A DNA stretch of 63,501 nt, filler included, from Corallochytrium limacisporum Hawaii (lineage: Eukaryota > Protista > Pluriformea), in assembly GCA_002811645.1 (NCBI GenBank). It is 8 parts of 8 records of this genome, joined end to end, with 100 filler letters (N's around TTAATTAATTAA, not from the genome) between each part and the next. Parts side by side here need not be neighbours in the genome. Positions count along the whole stretch, not along the records: positions 1 to 15,765 come from PDIP01000273.1; 7 more parts are not named here. One strand, given 5' to 3'. Numbering within the stretch: position 1 is the first letter of the stretch; the number at the start of each line of letters is the position of its first letter. Positions 1-10,802 of this stretch are shown here, one piece after another. The position numbers were made by a program, and so were the translations under genes. A model generated the notes under the pieces. It had not been told where the DNA came from. It made no database searches and was given only the letters and a program-made list of their open reading frames with translations.

Positions 1-11
1 AACCCTAACCC
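1..11 (+). repeat. Telomeric repeat (CCCTAA)n at contig start
   Basis: AACCCTAACCC at position 1; the same 11-mer opens the contigs at 23219 and 53500. Confidence 0.75.
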
Positions 12-1121
12 AGGTTACGGAGGTCTGTGAGTTGTAATGTACTGGTAGTATGGGAGAACTCAATTCTGCGTATCGCCACTCGCCAGCACAGGGATTGCAC
101 TATACTTGATTCACCTAGATTCTCAAGATGTGTCACGCCATTCCCTAACGTGGACGAGTGAAACAATGAGAAGTTCATGCAGGCATCGAATGACCAAGGA
201 CCCATCAGTGAGAATAACGATGGGAATGATCCTCTGACGTTTGTCTGAATTCATATTTGAGCCGCCTAGTTGAAACCCGCCTTGGGTGCGATGCCCCCAG
301 CGCTCCATCAAATCACCCGGAAACAGCCCCATCAAGATTAAGATCCGTTGGCAAAGACAAAGAAAGGCTTTAAATTCAGTGTCCTAGATGTGGACATCTC
401 CCACGATCCAAAAGGACCCTCTCAGTGGCGATAGAAAAAGAAAACGACTACTTTAATGATATCGTGCTCTGCAAGTTGATCTGAAAGTGAAACAAACTGA
501 TCGATAGACAGCCCCACAAGCCATCGCAGGGGCATCAATCAGTGTACTCTTTAGGTGGATGCAAAGACAGTTTCACCTGTCGTGTGCGTTCAACAATTAA
601 TGTACCTCCAAAGGCCAGTGGATGGGTCGACACCAAAGGCCATCGTATCAGGTACAGCTCACATGGCACTAAGAATTCTTGATTCTCTCTTAGGAGCATC
701 TTCCTACCGATGACTGAGTCGTTTCATGCAATAGCTGTATGGCTATCTGGTAAATGATACCATATTGTTCTGCTATTTCCTACCCTCCACCGGATCTGCT
801 ATCGATAATTCCTAATTACGGTTACAAAATATATCGAAATCGCGCATTGCGTGGGAGGCCGGGCCTCTCTCGAAGGGTCCCTTCACCACTTGAAAGTGCT
901 GTTTATTCTCAACCTCGTGCTTAACGAATGACGATCTTAGTACAGACAATTACCTGTAATGGATAGCGGAAATAAGTAAAGCCAAATCAGACTGGCGTAC
1001 TGCGTGAGGACACGGGGCCAGCTGCTTCTATTGAAAAGACCCTACTTCATCACATGTGGTAATGTTCATCACGTAATGCTTGCGGAAGAGTTCAGGTGCA
1101 AATAACGCATTCACAAAGCCG

Positions 1122-1130
1122 GGTATTTAT
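1122..1130 (+). promoter_or_regulatory. TATA-like motif variant GGTATTTAT
   Basis: About 80 bp upstream of ATG 1210; near-match to the motif upstream of five other genes. Confidence 0.45.
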
Positions 1131-1209
1131 TGAACCCTGTTTGCGTTGAAACTGCGAATAGATCCACAGATTCATACGAAAACGCCTATTTTCAACTTTC
1201 TAATATTTT

Positions 1210-1755
1210 ATGATGTTCCCTGTAGCTGCATTGTTCACTATCGGCATCGTCGCCTCGTCGGTGATGGCCATCCCTTCATCTAGTCCCCACACCTTTGGTC
1301 TCACGCAGGTTTGTAATACGACATACCTCAATCTCACTAACAACATGGCTGAGGACATAAACATGACACTGTACAATGCAGAACGGGGAATGGCATACTT
1401 CGCCCCCGGCACGTTTGATAATTACGGTTCCATGATCATTCCGTCCAACTCAACAGCTCTTCTGTGCCGTTCCGAACTTTGCGGTGATGATGATGAGGTC
1501 TACCTCACGGTCACAAATCCCATTGGGCAAGGTTACGATTTATTTGGCGCCCTTTTGATTCCGGACGGTGAGCACAATCCACAAGACTGCGCTATGGAAA
1601 TCTTCGGCTACAATGTCCAAAAAGGCACTGCATACACCTGGTCACACTTCATTCCCAAGTCCGACACTGAACTTGGTCATACCATCGTAAATTTCTGCAC
1701 TCCAATGGCTTATGATCTTTTGAGATGTGATCAGCCACTCCGTACCGAGGCTTAG
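1210..1755 (+). CDS. Secreted hypothetical protein (181 aa); probable paralog of 28614-29153
   Basis: Hydrophobic signal peptide (FPVAALFTIGIVASSVMA), several Cys, N-glycosylation sequons. Confidence 0.75.
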   Translation: MMFPVAALFTIGIVASSVMAIPSSSPHTFGLTQVCNTTYLNLTNNMAEDINMTLYNAERGMAYFAPGTFDNYGSMIIPSNSTALLCRSELCGDDDEVYLTVTNPIGQGYDLFGALLIPDGEHNPQDCAMEIFGYNVQKGTAYTWSHFIPKSDTELGHTIVNFCTPMAYDLLRCDQPLRTEA

Positions 1756-2511
1756 GGGAAAGGGACACCGATACGCAACGCGTGAATATAATATACAAGC
1801 CAAAGGTCCTGATCTTCCGTCCTCCTCAAAATGACGCCCATATTGAGTTTAGTGACTGTTCCGGACCACGAACCCAGCATCACTAGAACATGTGGGTGGG
1901 CCAAATGAGGTTGATTATGTTCCTGCTCAACACAAATGCTCCCAAAATCATTGATCCGCTCTTGTCGGAGTTGTCTTGAGGGTACAGGAAAATGTGATAA
2001 CTATCTTGTACTCTTCAGGTCAATTTTGGCGTGCGTGACCCCGTTGCGTGACCTTCACATTGTGGTGTCGCGGACGAGTGTCTACCTCGCAATATAAACA
2101 TTAGGAGCACACTCGGACTTTGACACAATTGTCTAGGTCACAATTGTTCCACGGCCATGGAACCATAGTACCACCTGAGATACGCCCTGATAAGACACAC
2201 ACGAGTACCAAAATAGAGACGAATCGTAAAGTAGGTACCATTGGTATGAGGGCAATGAATCTACTGGCTCGAAGGTAACCCTATAATACACTAGTGCCGG
2301 TAATGTTTTCAGTGGCCATGTAATGGATCGTTGGCGATGAAGAATGCTCCATGCCGTTTACCCGGTCATACTTCCCCTTTATCGAATCCACTAAAGTATT
2401 CATGGCGTGTCGACAAGTACGATGTAGACACCGAGAAGGTCAAGGTGCAGGCGAATTGAACGAAAGGTCGCAATCGACCTAACCTCATAACGCCTTGGCA
2501 TCTGTTATTCG

Positions 2512-2554
2512 CCTAACCCTAACCCTGCCCCTGCCCCTAACCAAAACCCTAACC
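2512..2554 (+). repeat. Degenerate interstitial telomeric repeat array
   Basis: cctaa ccctaa ccctgc ccctgc ccctaa ccaaaa ccctaa cc; same orientation as the terminal repeat. Confidence 0.8.
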
Positions 2555-2722
2555 TTGATGACAGGGTTGGCTCCGGCTCTAGATCAGCTCATTGCCTTCT
2601 TTGGGAGCTACCATAGAGGGTTGTACTGGATTTATTGCTTAGAGGAAACAAAGTCTTAAAGAGGGATTTGGTCGAAAGAAGATTTTTACCGCTACTTCTG
2701 ACCCTACTTTGAACTCCAGTGA

Positions 2723-4915
2723 CTAATGGGTTGGAGGAGGCTGAGCCATGTCAACGTATTTCGGCATCTCTGGCCGTCGAACAAAGAGTGTGTAGCCCTC
2801 GTAAGGGCCGTGGGGTATAAAGTTCTTTAGGAGCTGCTGCATATTGTCTGCCGCAGCGGTTGCCTCCATGATTGCATAGTCGACAAAGTTCATATAGTTG
2901 ACACTCTCCGCCACTGTAGCACCGGGAAACATTTCTTGTAGACTCTCGCCATCAAAATCAATCTCCATAGTATACGTGGGGTTCAATTGGCGCATGAATC
3001 GACGCTTGAGTTCCTCTCTCGACACGTCTTTGAACAATGAATCGAACTGCACTCGCTCAAATACATCCAAATTGCCTTTGTAACCAGCATTGTGGAATTC
3101 TGTCGTTGTTCCATAGGCTTCCTTGACCATTTTGACAGCCTCATGGATGGATGGTAACATCACATTCTTGACGTCAGGTGCCTTCAGCTTCCGACCTTTG
3201 CTAAAGTAACGGGGGTCAAAGTGATCCTGATCTTCGTCACCCGAAACCCATTTGATTCCAAGTTTCTTGCGTTTGTCATCGCTGAAATTCTTGTAGTTCA
3301 TGTCTACACCAATGATATTAACATCTTGGTATCCGAGGAATCCCAGTACCTCAAGGCCTGTTGAGGCCACTGTACCCAATGTGCCGGTCTGGGGCTGGTA
3401 TATTACGTCCGGGCGATCATCTACGGGCTTATACAGTTGGTGTTTCTGAGAAAACCAGAACCAATGTGCGTTATTGCCAGGGATTATATCACTCCAGTAG
3501 TTGTAGTCCTTTCTGTCATAAGGAAAGAATGCATCCCCAACGTATTGGCGGTACCAGTTGATATCCGGTGACACGTCCGGACATACCCATGAATCAATAC
3601 ACATATAATGCGACGGCGTCCAAGAGTAGAATCGTTCTTGCATAAGATAGAAACGGTTGAACACCAATGCATCCTCACCTTCCAGCATCCATAGCGGTAG
3701 ATGATTGAGAGAGGGTGCATTGCCGATCAAAAACATCCTCTGATTCTTCTTGCTCGCCTTGTGGTTGTTCCACCATTGTGAATTGCTCATAATGTGGGGT
3801 TTTAGATCATGCTGAATGCGACGCTTATCTATGTCACCCAGAGCTATGTCGAAGAGGGTGCGACTTAGTTCTGCACGAGACAACATAGTTTCCAACGCCT
3901 TTCGCTGGTAAGCGTTTCCAATACCTGTACGCCAAATCTCAGACACTGCCAGGTGGTACTCAGCAAAGTCTGCATTTCCTGGCATGGAGGCCAGCACGGG
4001 CAGCTCTTGGACAGCGCAGTCTGCTAAAAAGACTGGTTCACCGAAGGAGCTCAGGGATGCGTTGAGCTGACCTGGATTGTTGCTACTGATGGTCCCATTT
4101 GGTGACTGGCACGGGGCTAATAGAGCGTGTGAGTCCAGATCTATAGCGTGGGCAATGTCCAAATCGATCGCCACCATCTTAATATCCCGGGCATCTATTT
4201 GATCACTCAGGTTGAAGACTCGGCCAGTCGAGTTTCTGTTATCGTCGATGATTTCGCGCTGGAATTTCCTAGTAGCCTCAGAACCGAGTACTATGATGTG
4301 CTCATTACCCCGTATGGCGTACAAAGATGGGGCATTGGGCCCAACTAATGCAGAGCTAAATAGCACTGCATCACGTGGCATTTTCCGAAGCAGTGCTTGT
4401 AAGTTCTTTGCCACAGGCCAGGCCTTGATAGGCATGGAGATAAGGACCACAGGTATACTCTGTGGTATGGAACTGACATAAAGCAAACTCTCAATCAATC
4501 CCGACTGGGGTGCCTGTAACTGATCGAACAAGGATCCCTCAGGACTGCTGGCAAACCCATTAGAAATGTCCCCGTAGCGCTCAACTTCGTGCGCTAGTGT
4601 GGCCTCTTCTAATCCAGACAGTTGAACGTAATCTCCTTGTTCAATGACAAAGATGTAGTTACAACGCGAACGCTGATGGCCTCGAAGGTTGGAAGCGCAA
4701 GCAAACTCTTTAATCCATGTTTGCCGCGCCACTTCACGCCACCACCAATCACTGGGACGACTGTATATGACAAAAAGGGCATTGGAAGTTGAGGAGAAGA
4801 AAGTGTGTCTGCTCACTACAAAGGTGATCAGCAGTAGTACTGCTAGAAGCAGTGGCCGTAGATGCTGAAATATCATACTACGAAAATGCGGCCTTCGGAA
4901 TTTGGTGACCAACAT
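2723..4915 (-). CDS. Type II membrane glycosyltransferase: degenerate GT31-like N-terminal region plus C-terminal GT42/Maf(DUF115)-like domain
   Basis: N-terminal TM helix; SRPSD..REVARQTW and ERYGDI resemble GT31; LIGNAPSL..FNRFY, GFLGYQDVNIIGVDM and DHFDPRYF resemble the CstII/Maf-like fold. Confidence 0.7.
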   Translation of the reverse strand: MLVTKFRRPHFRSMIFQHLRPLLLAVLLLITFVVSRHTFFSSTSNALFVIYSRPSDWWWREVARQTWIKEFACASNLRGHQRSRCNYIFVIEQGDYVQLSGLEEATLAHEVERYGDISNGFASSPEGSLFDQLQAPQSGLIESLLYVSSIPQSIPVVLISMPIKAWPVAKNLQALLRKMPRDAVLFSSALVGPNAPSLYAIRGNEHIIVLGSEATRKFQREIIDDNRNSTGRVFNLSDQIDARDIKMVAIDLDIAHAIDLDSHALLAPCQSPNGTISSNNPGQLNASLSSFGEPVFLADCAVQELPVLASMPGNADFAEYHLAVSEIWRTGIGNAYQRKALETMLSRAELSRTLFDIALGDIDKRRIQHDLKPHIMSNSQWWNNHKASKKNQRMFLIGNAPSLNHLPLWMLEGEDALVFNRFYLMQERFYSWTPSHYMCIDSWVCPDVSPDINWYRQYVGDAFFPYDRKDYNYWSDIIPGNNAHWFWFSQKHQLYKPVDDRPDVIYQPQTGTLGTVASTGLEVLGFLGYQDVNIIGVDMNYKNFSDDKRKKLGIKWVSGDEDQDHFDPRYFSKGRKLKAPDVKNVMLPSIHEAVKMVKEAYGTTTEFHNAGYKGNLDVFERVQFDSLFKDVSREELKRRFMRQLNPTYTMEIDFDGESLQEMFPGATVAESVNYMNFVDYAIMEATAAADNMQQLLKNFIPHGPYEGYTLFVRRPEMPKYVDMAQPPPTH

Positions 4916-6879
4916 ACTTCCTTCTGTATTCCTGAATTCCCCAGCCAGCTAAGGAGACTACAGCAGGGCAAGAAAGACACCTCGTCGTTCCTCTTGGGGT
5001 TCAATGTGAAGTTTTTTCCATGCAGTTGAAATTCAAAGAGGTCCCGTTTATTTTCATGCTCGCTAAATGCTTGTCATTTCATTTCAGTACTTGCCAGGGA
5101 TTTCCATACAATATCACACTCAATTTCTAAGCCAAGAATATCCCGCTGCTTGCTTACTTCTATCAGATTCCACGCCCTACAGTATGAGTTGGAGTCTTAA
5201 TATACCCATAGAGAGTATGCAGATATTGTAAGGTTCAGAGTATTCATGACCTCGCAGAAAATGACACTAGCTATTCATGCGTGTGCGCAGTTCCTGGAAA
5301 TTGAGGGTTTCAAGAGTCCCTCCAAAGAATTTGGCCGGGTTGCGGAGTGTTCCCGGAGATGTCGAGGCCTAGCCTTGGGCCGACGTTACTGTTTGATTTG
5401 CCCTGCCCACATAAATCACACCCACTTGCGGTCGAAATGTATGCAAAAAAAATTGACTGTGCGCTCTGCATCAGCCACTGTGGTTAGGAAATGAAAGGGT
5501 CTGCTGGCGAATCAAGAAGACAGATTTAGATTTACGTCAATATCGGCGCTTTCCTGATTTGTCGATTCCCGGCACGCTAAACAGTAGGAAATGGTCACGC
5601 CCCATTTGCAGCCCTGGGCGGAGAAGAATTCCACATCCGGAGGGGTGAAATTGGCCAGGAATCAACATGAGGCGCCTGGCATACTCTTGGGTGTTGTGGT
5701 ACTACCAAGTGGTCCTACGAAAACCTCTCTCACCAGGGGCTATGCATCCACTACGGTAGAAGGGCACACGAGTGCTGCTTAGAGGCCACGCTATAAAGTA
5801 TATTGGTGCCTTGAAATCATTTTCAAGGTTTATATCAAGAAATATTTGGTGTCCTAAACAGTTGTGATTGCTGTGGGTCTTACCAACTCCATTCTCCTAT
5901 ATCGATGTGCGACTGCTTGGAGGTCACCATAGCCACTGACGAAGGGAGGGTGGCGGCACCGTGACTCTGTCAACCCGTCAAGCCATGGGACAGACACACG
6001 GATTGTTTCCGACTTCTCAGAAACCGGCAGAGCCTGCCCATTAGAGATCGTTTCGCCCTGAAAGCCCTTGTTAGCGTTCTCTTCCCTCCCCCAAAAAAAA
6101 TTGGGGGGGGTTCTCAGGCAAAGAAGACCAAACGCCCAGAGTATAGAGACAGGCCGCAAACAAACTGGCACCAAAACACCCCGATGGCGGGGAGAGGGGA
6201 GGAGGGGGGTGGGGAGAGGGCAGATTTTTTTGGGGGGGGGATCCCAGTGTGCGCGGCGCACACGCAATTGGTGGGTGCTGAGGCTGGGAAACAGAGTCAG
6301 CCGTCTGCGCCAAAATTGTGACTGAGGGACCCCCAAAACTTGGAGTAATGGTCTGCTTTGTTTGCCCAAGACTATTAAATATATGGCACTGAGTGACAAA
6401 GTGCATAGGTGGTATCCGCACACTTCGAACCCCAAACCGAGGGGGGTATGTGTCTGCTGATGACGATTCAGTGATTGCTGGTTGAACTCAATGCGTGTGT
6501 AAGCTGCGTGTGTGGTGGAAATTGGTCCGCGGGCTTGGGCCACCGTGGCTGTCCTTCCCCCCAAAAATCTTGAGCTCATTCTTTTCCCCACCCTCGGTAC
6601 CCTATAGTGTGTGCTGCTATGTACAATACATCCTCCCGTGGAGCTTTCGTGATCGGGTGTATTGTCGATGTAAGCTGGTTTCATTTGGCCATCTCCGAGT
6701 TCACCACGGGGCCAGCTACCATGATTGGACGCTATTCTATTACAATTCTTCCCGTAAGCCGACTACAGAATGGATAAATCTGGTACTTCCGATGTCGAGC
6801 CGTTTGGATCTCAGTCCGTGACTGTCTCTGAGATTACTGTACACACATCTTTGTTGGAGTCTTTGGAAAGTGTTCGAAC

Positions 6880-7995
6880 ATGGCTCCAAACGTAGCTAAC
6901 TCTGGTGTCCTTCCGGGTGAAGGCGCTCCCACGGCTGTTGACTATCAGGGACGTCCTGTCAATCAACTCAAGAACAAGGAAGACATCGAGAACCTCACTG
7001 ACGTGACCAAAGAGTTCCCACGCGAGTTCTTCGAAGTCGACCCGTACCAGGCCTGGTATGCTTATTTCCGTGCTTGGGCCCAGACAGCCTTCTCAGTCTA
7101 TCTGCTAATTCATTCTCCTACGTGGGCTCTGCCCTTTGCTTGGATTGCTGTAGGAACATGTGCTACCGGAATGTTTGTTATTGGCCACGAATGTGCCCAT
7201 GGTTCCTTCAGCAACAATGAACTGCTGAATGAAATTGCCGGCACTGCTATTATGGCTCCCCTCGGCTGGTCCTACAACTCTTGGAGATTCACGCACAACC
7301 ATCATCATGCGCACACTAACAACCTGGATCAAGATCACCTGTGGAAGCCTCTGCCGCGCAGCATCCAGAGCAAGCCTCTGCCAGTGCGCTTGATCCTTTA
7401 TCTCTTCTATGCCGGACCTATGTTTTGGGAGGCCAGTATTCTGCACCACATGATGAACATGGTGCCTTTTGTGTTCCCTAAGCGTAAGCGTGCAATGGTT
7501 TGGAGGAGCGTGATCATCGGTGTGGGTGTGTTCGGCGCTACCATGTACGGTCTCTACCAGCACGGCGGCGTCGGTTCTATTGTCAAGTACTGGGTGATGC
7601 CTTATTTGGCCTTCAACTTCTGGCTTTCATTCTACACTTACTTCCACCACCGCTCCCCCGAAATCACCTGGAAAGCCCCTGAAAACTGGAACAAGGCCCG
7701 TGCCCAACTGTTTGACACTGCTCATGTCAATTACCCTGCCATCATCGATTGGCTGCACTTTGACATCGCCTGGCACGTTCCTCACCACGTGAGTGTGAAG
7801 ATTCCCTGGTATCGTTTGCGTCAGGCCACGTTTCACCTGATCCGCCGCTACCCTCAGATTCACACATATGATATGTCCTGGAGCTTCTTCTGGGAGACTG
7901 TGAACTCTTGTCATGTACAGGAGGGACATGATGAGCAGTGGGAAAGACTTGATCTGTCCGTTGCGGGTACGAGCAAGGCTGTGAAGACAGAATAG
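6880..7995 (+). CDS. Delta-12 (omega-6) fatty acid desaturase, DesA/FAD6 type
   Basis: Three His boxes HECAH, HNHHH, HVPHH; IPWYRLR; no cytochrome b5 domain. Confidence 0.88.
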   Translation: MAPNVANSGVLPGEGAPTAVDYQGRPVNQLKNKEDIENLTDVTKEFPREFFEVDPYQAWYAYFRAWAQTAFSVYLLIHSPTWALPFAWIAVGTCATGMFVIGHECAHGSFSNNELLNEIAGTAIMAPLGWSYNSWRFTHNHHHAHTNNLDQDHLWKPLPRSIQSKPLPVRLILYLFYAGPMFWEASILHHMMNMVPFVFPKRKRAMVWRSVIIGVGVFGATMYGLYQHGGVGSIVKYWVMPYLAFNFWLSFYTYFHHRSPEITWKAPENWNKARAQLFDTAHVNYPAIIDWLHFDIAWHVPHHVSVKIPWYRLRQATFHLIRRYPQIHTYDMSWSFFWETVNSCHVQEGHDEQWERLDLSVAGTSKAVKTE

Positions 7996-8192
7996 ACTGC
8001 AGAACGGAAAATAAGTAAAGGGTTCGTACGGGAATTAACAATAGCGGGAGTCCCCTGCAGGCCTGAATAGTAGACTCAAACTGTATCAAACATCCCTGAG
8101 CATAAAGAATCAAGCTACATTGACATCACAAATGCAATACAACTAAACAACACAAACATGTCATCATTTCAACCATTGCGATTGGTATATTC

Positions 8193-9071
8193 TCATAAGT
8201 CGACCTGACCGTATCCAATAATGTTGCCAATGAGCCAATCAGTCAACCATGCAGGCAAGAATGTTGCCAGGAAAATGTTCTGGAGACCTTTCCAGTAGGG
8301 TGTCACCACATAGATCGGTGCAGTAGTCTTCACCAGGGCCTTGTACACATCCTCTGCGACACTGCGAGTGGTTGGTCGACCCTTCACTAACTCCGTGGTG
8401 TGCCAATGGAGAAAGACATCAAGAAGTTTTTGGTACGGACCATTCATGTAGGGCCGAAGGCCTTCGACTTCATGGTCTTGAAATTCGCCCTGAATAGCTC
8501 CGGGTTCAATGAGGATCACGTCGACCCCGAAAGGCTTCAGTTCACGGCGTAGGCCATCAGTCGAACCTAGTACTGCGAACTTCGTACTATCATAGACCGC
8601 GAGATACGGTACAGAGATCCGACCACCAATACTACCAATGTTCACAATGGTTCCACGTCGTCGTTCGCGCATCTGGGGAGCAAATGCGCGGACACAGGCC
8701 ATCAGTCCAAAGACATTGACATCGTAGCAGGAACGGAGCTCTTTGTCGCTCACCAATTCTAGGGGTCCAGCAACAGGAAAACCAGCGTTGTTAATGAGTA
8801 CGTCGACACCAGTACCATGACTGAGCTCATCAACGTATCGTTTTGTGGCTAGAATGTCGTCGCCTATGGTGACATCGAGCTTCTTGATAAGTATCTCCCC
8901 TTTCGCGCTCCGAGGTAGCTCTTTCTGCAGCTGTTCCAATAAGGGGATCCTGCGGCCTGTGGCGATGACCCTCGCTCCCCGTTCAGCCAAAAGCAAGGCA
9001 ATAGCCTTGCCGATGCCTTGGGTTGCACCGGTCACCAACACAAGAGGATTCATGGAGAAATCGGCGGGCAT
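8193..9071 (-). CDS. Short-chain dehydrogenase/reductase
   Basis: TGATQGIG, NNAG, catalytic YDSTK. Confidence 0.92.
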   Translation of the reverse strand: MPADFSMNPLVLVTGATQGIGKAIALLLAERGARVIATGRRIPLLEQLQKELPRSAKGEILIKKLDVTIGDDILATKRYVDELSHGTGVDVLINNAGFPVAGPLELVSDKELRSCYDVNVFGLMACVRAFAPQMRERRRGTIVNIGSIGGRISVPYLAVYDSTKFAVLGSTDGLRRELKPFGVDVILIEPGAIQGEFQDHEVEGLRPYMNGPYQKLLDVFLHWHTTELVKGRPTTRSVAEDVYKALVKTTAPIYVVTPYWKGLQNIFLATFLPAWLTDWLIGNIIGYGQVDL

Positions 9072-9498
9072 GATTGACGTGCAGTATTTATTCTAGCTCG
9101 CATTCTCCAGCACAATGGTTGCCTGACCTTAAAGACCTAAATATCACGAATTGCACCGAAGATACCAGTTACCTGCATCCAATTGGAAACATGAGAGTAT
9201 TGATGACTCACATAACCTTACACCGCTGCCCATTCACTGAAGATCGCATGACCTGACTATTCTTTCCTTCTAAGATCTCTTCTCAATTTACCAACAAACT
9301 ACCGTACCTACTGTACGCGGGTCCAAAATTACACGAAGTTCCTATCCTCCCCATCCAAGTGGATGGGCACTGAAGCAGCAGGAGTAGAGCTCGAAGCATC
9401 GTCGGAACACATCACATAGAGTAGAAACAGGTGCAATACACAGTCAGGTTGGTATATATGTAAGTTTCAAGGATTCTATATATGTATGTCCAATGTCT

Positions 9499-10020
9499 TC
9501 AACTCAGGCCTTCACCAGTAAACTTAGGCCGTGTTTTAATGAGGGGCGCCTGCTCATTTCGCCGCTGCTGGAGAGATATGCTCTGTTGGACAGCTGTCTC
9601 TTGCCGCTGCTTTACCCTTCCGGCGTTAATGGGATATGTGGTTTCCGAGACACTACCATTGCCAATCTTCAGGACTAAGTCATGGATTTCTTCCGGCGTC
9701 ATATTATAGCAGTCGTTGGATATCAATTTGCCATCTTTCAATTTGATGCCGAGCTGCAGGGACCGGTCTCCGGGCTCTCCACGAGCCGGCTTCCTCACCA
9801 CAAAATTGATTCGCTCACTGTTGTGAAAGTACACTGCCGGAAGCGTGTAGTTTACAAATGATCTCAGTCCCCTCGCACCGGCCTTTCCGTCCTGTCCAAG
9901 AGTAATTTGAACCTCTTGAGCTTTGTCACCGAGATGAATCGGTCGACTTTCCAGATACGAAATATTTCTATTAATGATAGTGCGTCCAAAACGCCACCTG
10001 GGCATGGAACCCCGTCCCAT
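9499..10020 (-). CDS. MRPS25: Mitochondrial ribosomal protein mS25-like (L51/S25/CI-B8 domain)
   Basis: GRTIINRNISYL...GARGLRSFVNYTLPAVYFHN resembles mS25; ATG 10020 preferred over the upstream TTG. Confidence 0.65.
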   Translation of the reverse strand: MGRGSMPRWRFGRTIINRNISYLESRPIHLGDKAQEVQITLGQDGKAGARGLRSFVNYTLPAVYFHNSERINFVVRKPARGEPGDRSLQLGIKLKDGKLISNDCYNMTPEEIHDLVLKIGNGSVSETTYPINAGRVKQRQETAVQQSISLQQRRNEQAPLIKTRPKFTGEGLS

Positions 10021-10802
10021 GTTGACTACTAGGAATTTCTCTACACTTTCGTTTGCAAACGCTTTCAAATCACCACACAGGAATTCGATTGGGTATCGAT
10101 CACAGAGATCGTAGACAACATACGTGTCAAGAGCTCGTCACCTGTAATACGTACTCTGCACAGTACATAGAATCTTCAACAAGCTCCCAGCCGTATATCC
10201 CTCGCTGCTCTTTTGGTCGTATGAACGGCACAGCAAATCCTGCACATGCACCGGCTGGCTCAATAGCATCCTCACCCCGTCTACCGGCTTGCCCGGGAAA
10301 TTTTGTCGGTTTCGCAGGTTTTGGCTGGGAGGGGGTCCATGTGACAACTTGCCAACCCTCCCCTCCCATCTCCTGCACACGTATAGCGATTCGTGGATAC
10401 GGTAGCGATTGTTTTCGTGCGCTTTATATCCTTGAGGTCGGTCAGCAATACGACCGTTTGAACCCCCTTTTTGGTATAGGGTTTTCCGTAGCTGCCAAGA
10501 GTAACGGTTTGAATATGTGACTGGCGCAACACTCGACGACAGCAACTGTGGAATCTTCTACTGCCACTGCCGTCCTAGCTTTGCGATGGGGTTTGTGTAT
10601 TTGCCATATTCAGCCTTGATGCCGACAACACAAGCAGAAGGATGCTCTTGAGTTGTGCGTCTTCAAGACGAGACTGACATTCTGTGTACATATTTGAGGA
10701 CGTAATACACTGTAGCTGCGACAAATCATGCCACGACCTCACACATGTATAGTAAAAGAGCATTCAAGTTTTCCCTTAGGCCACATACGGATACAACACA
10801 CC

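Noticed and set aside
5-335. ORFs ending at or near the first telomeric repeat
   Set aside because: Short and without recognisable motifs; possibly pseudogene debris but not supportable.
5854-6821. 276-aa and overlapping ORFs upstream of the desaturase
   Set aside because: They cross a homopolymer patch and show no recognisable protein features.
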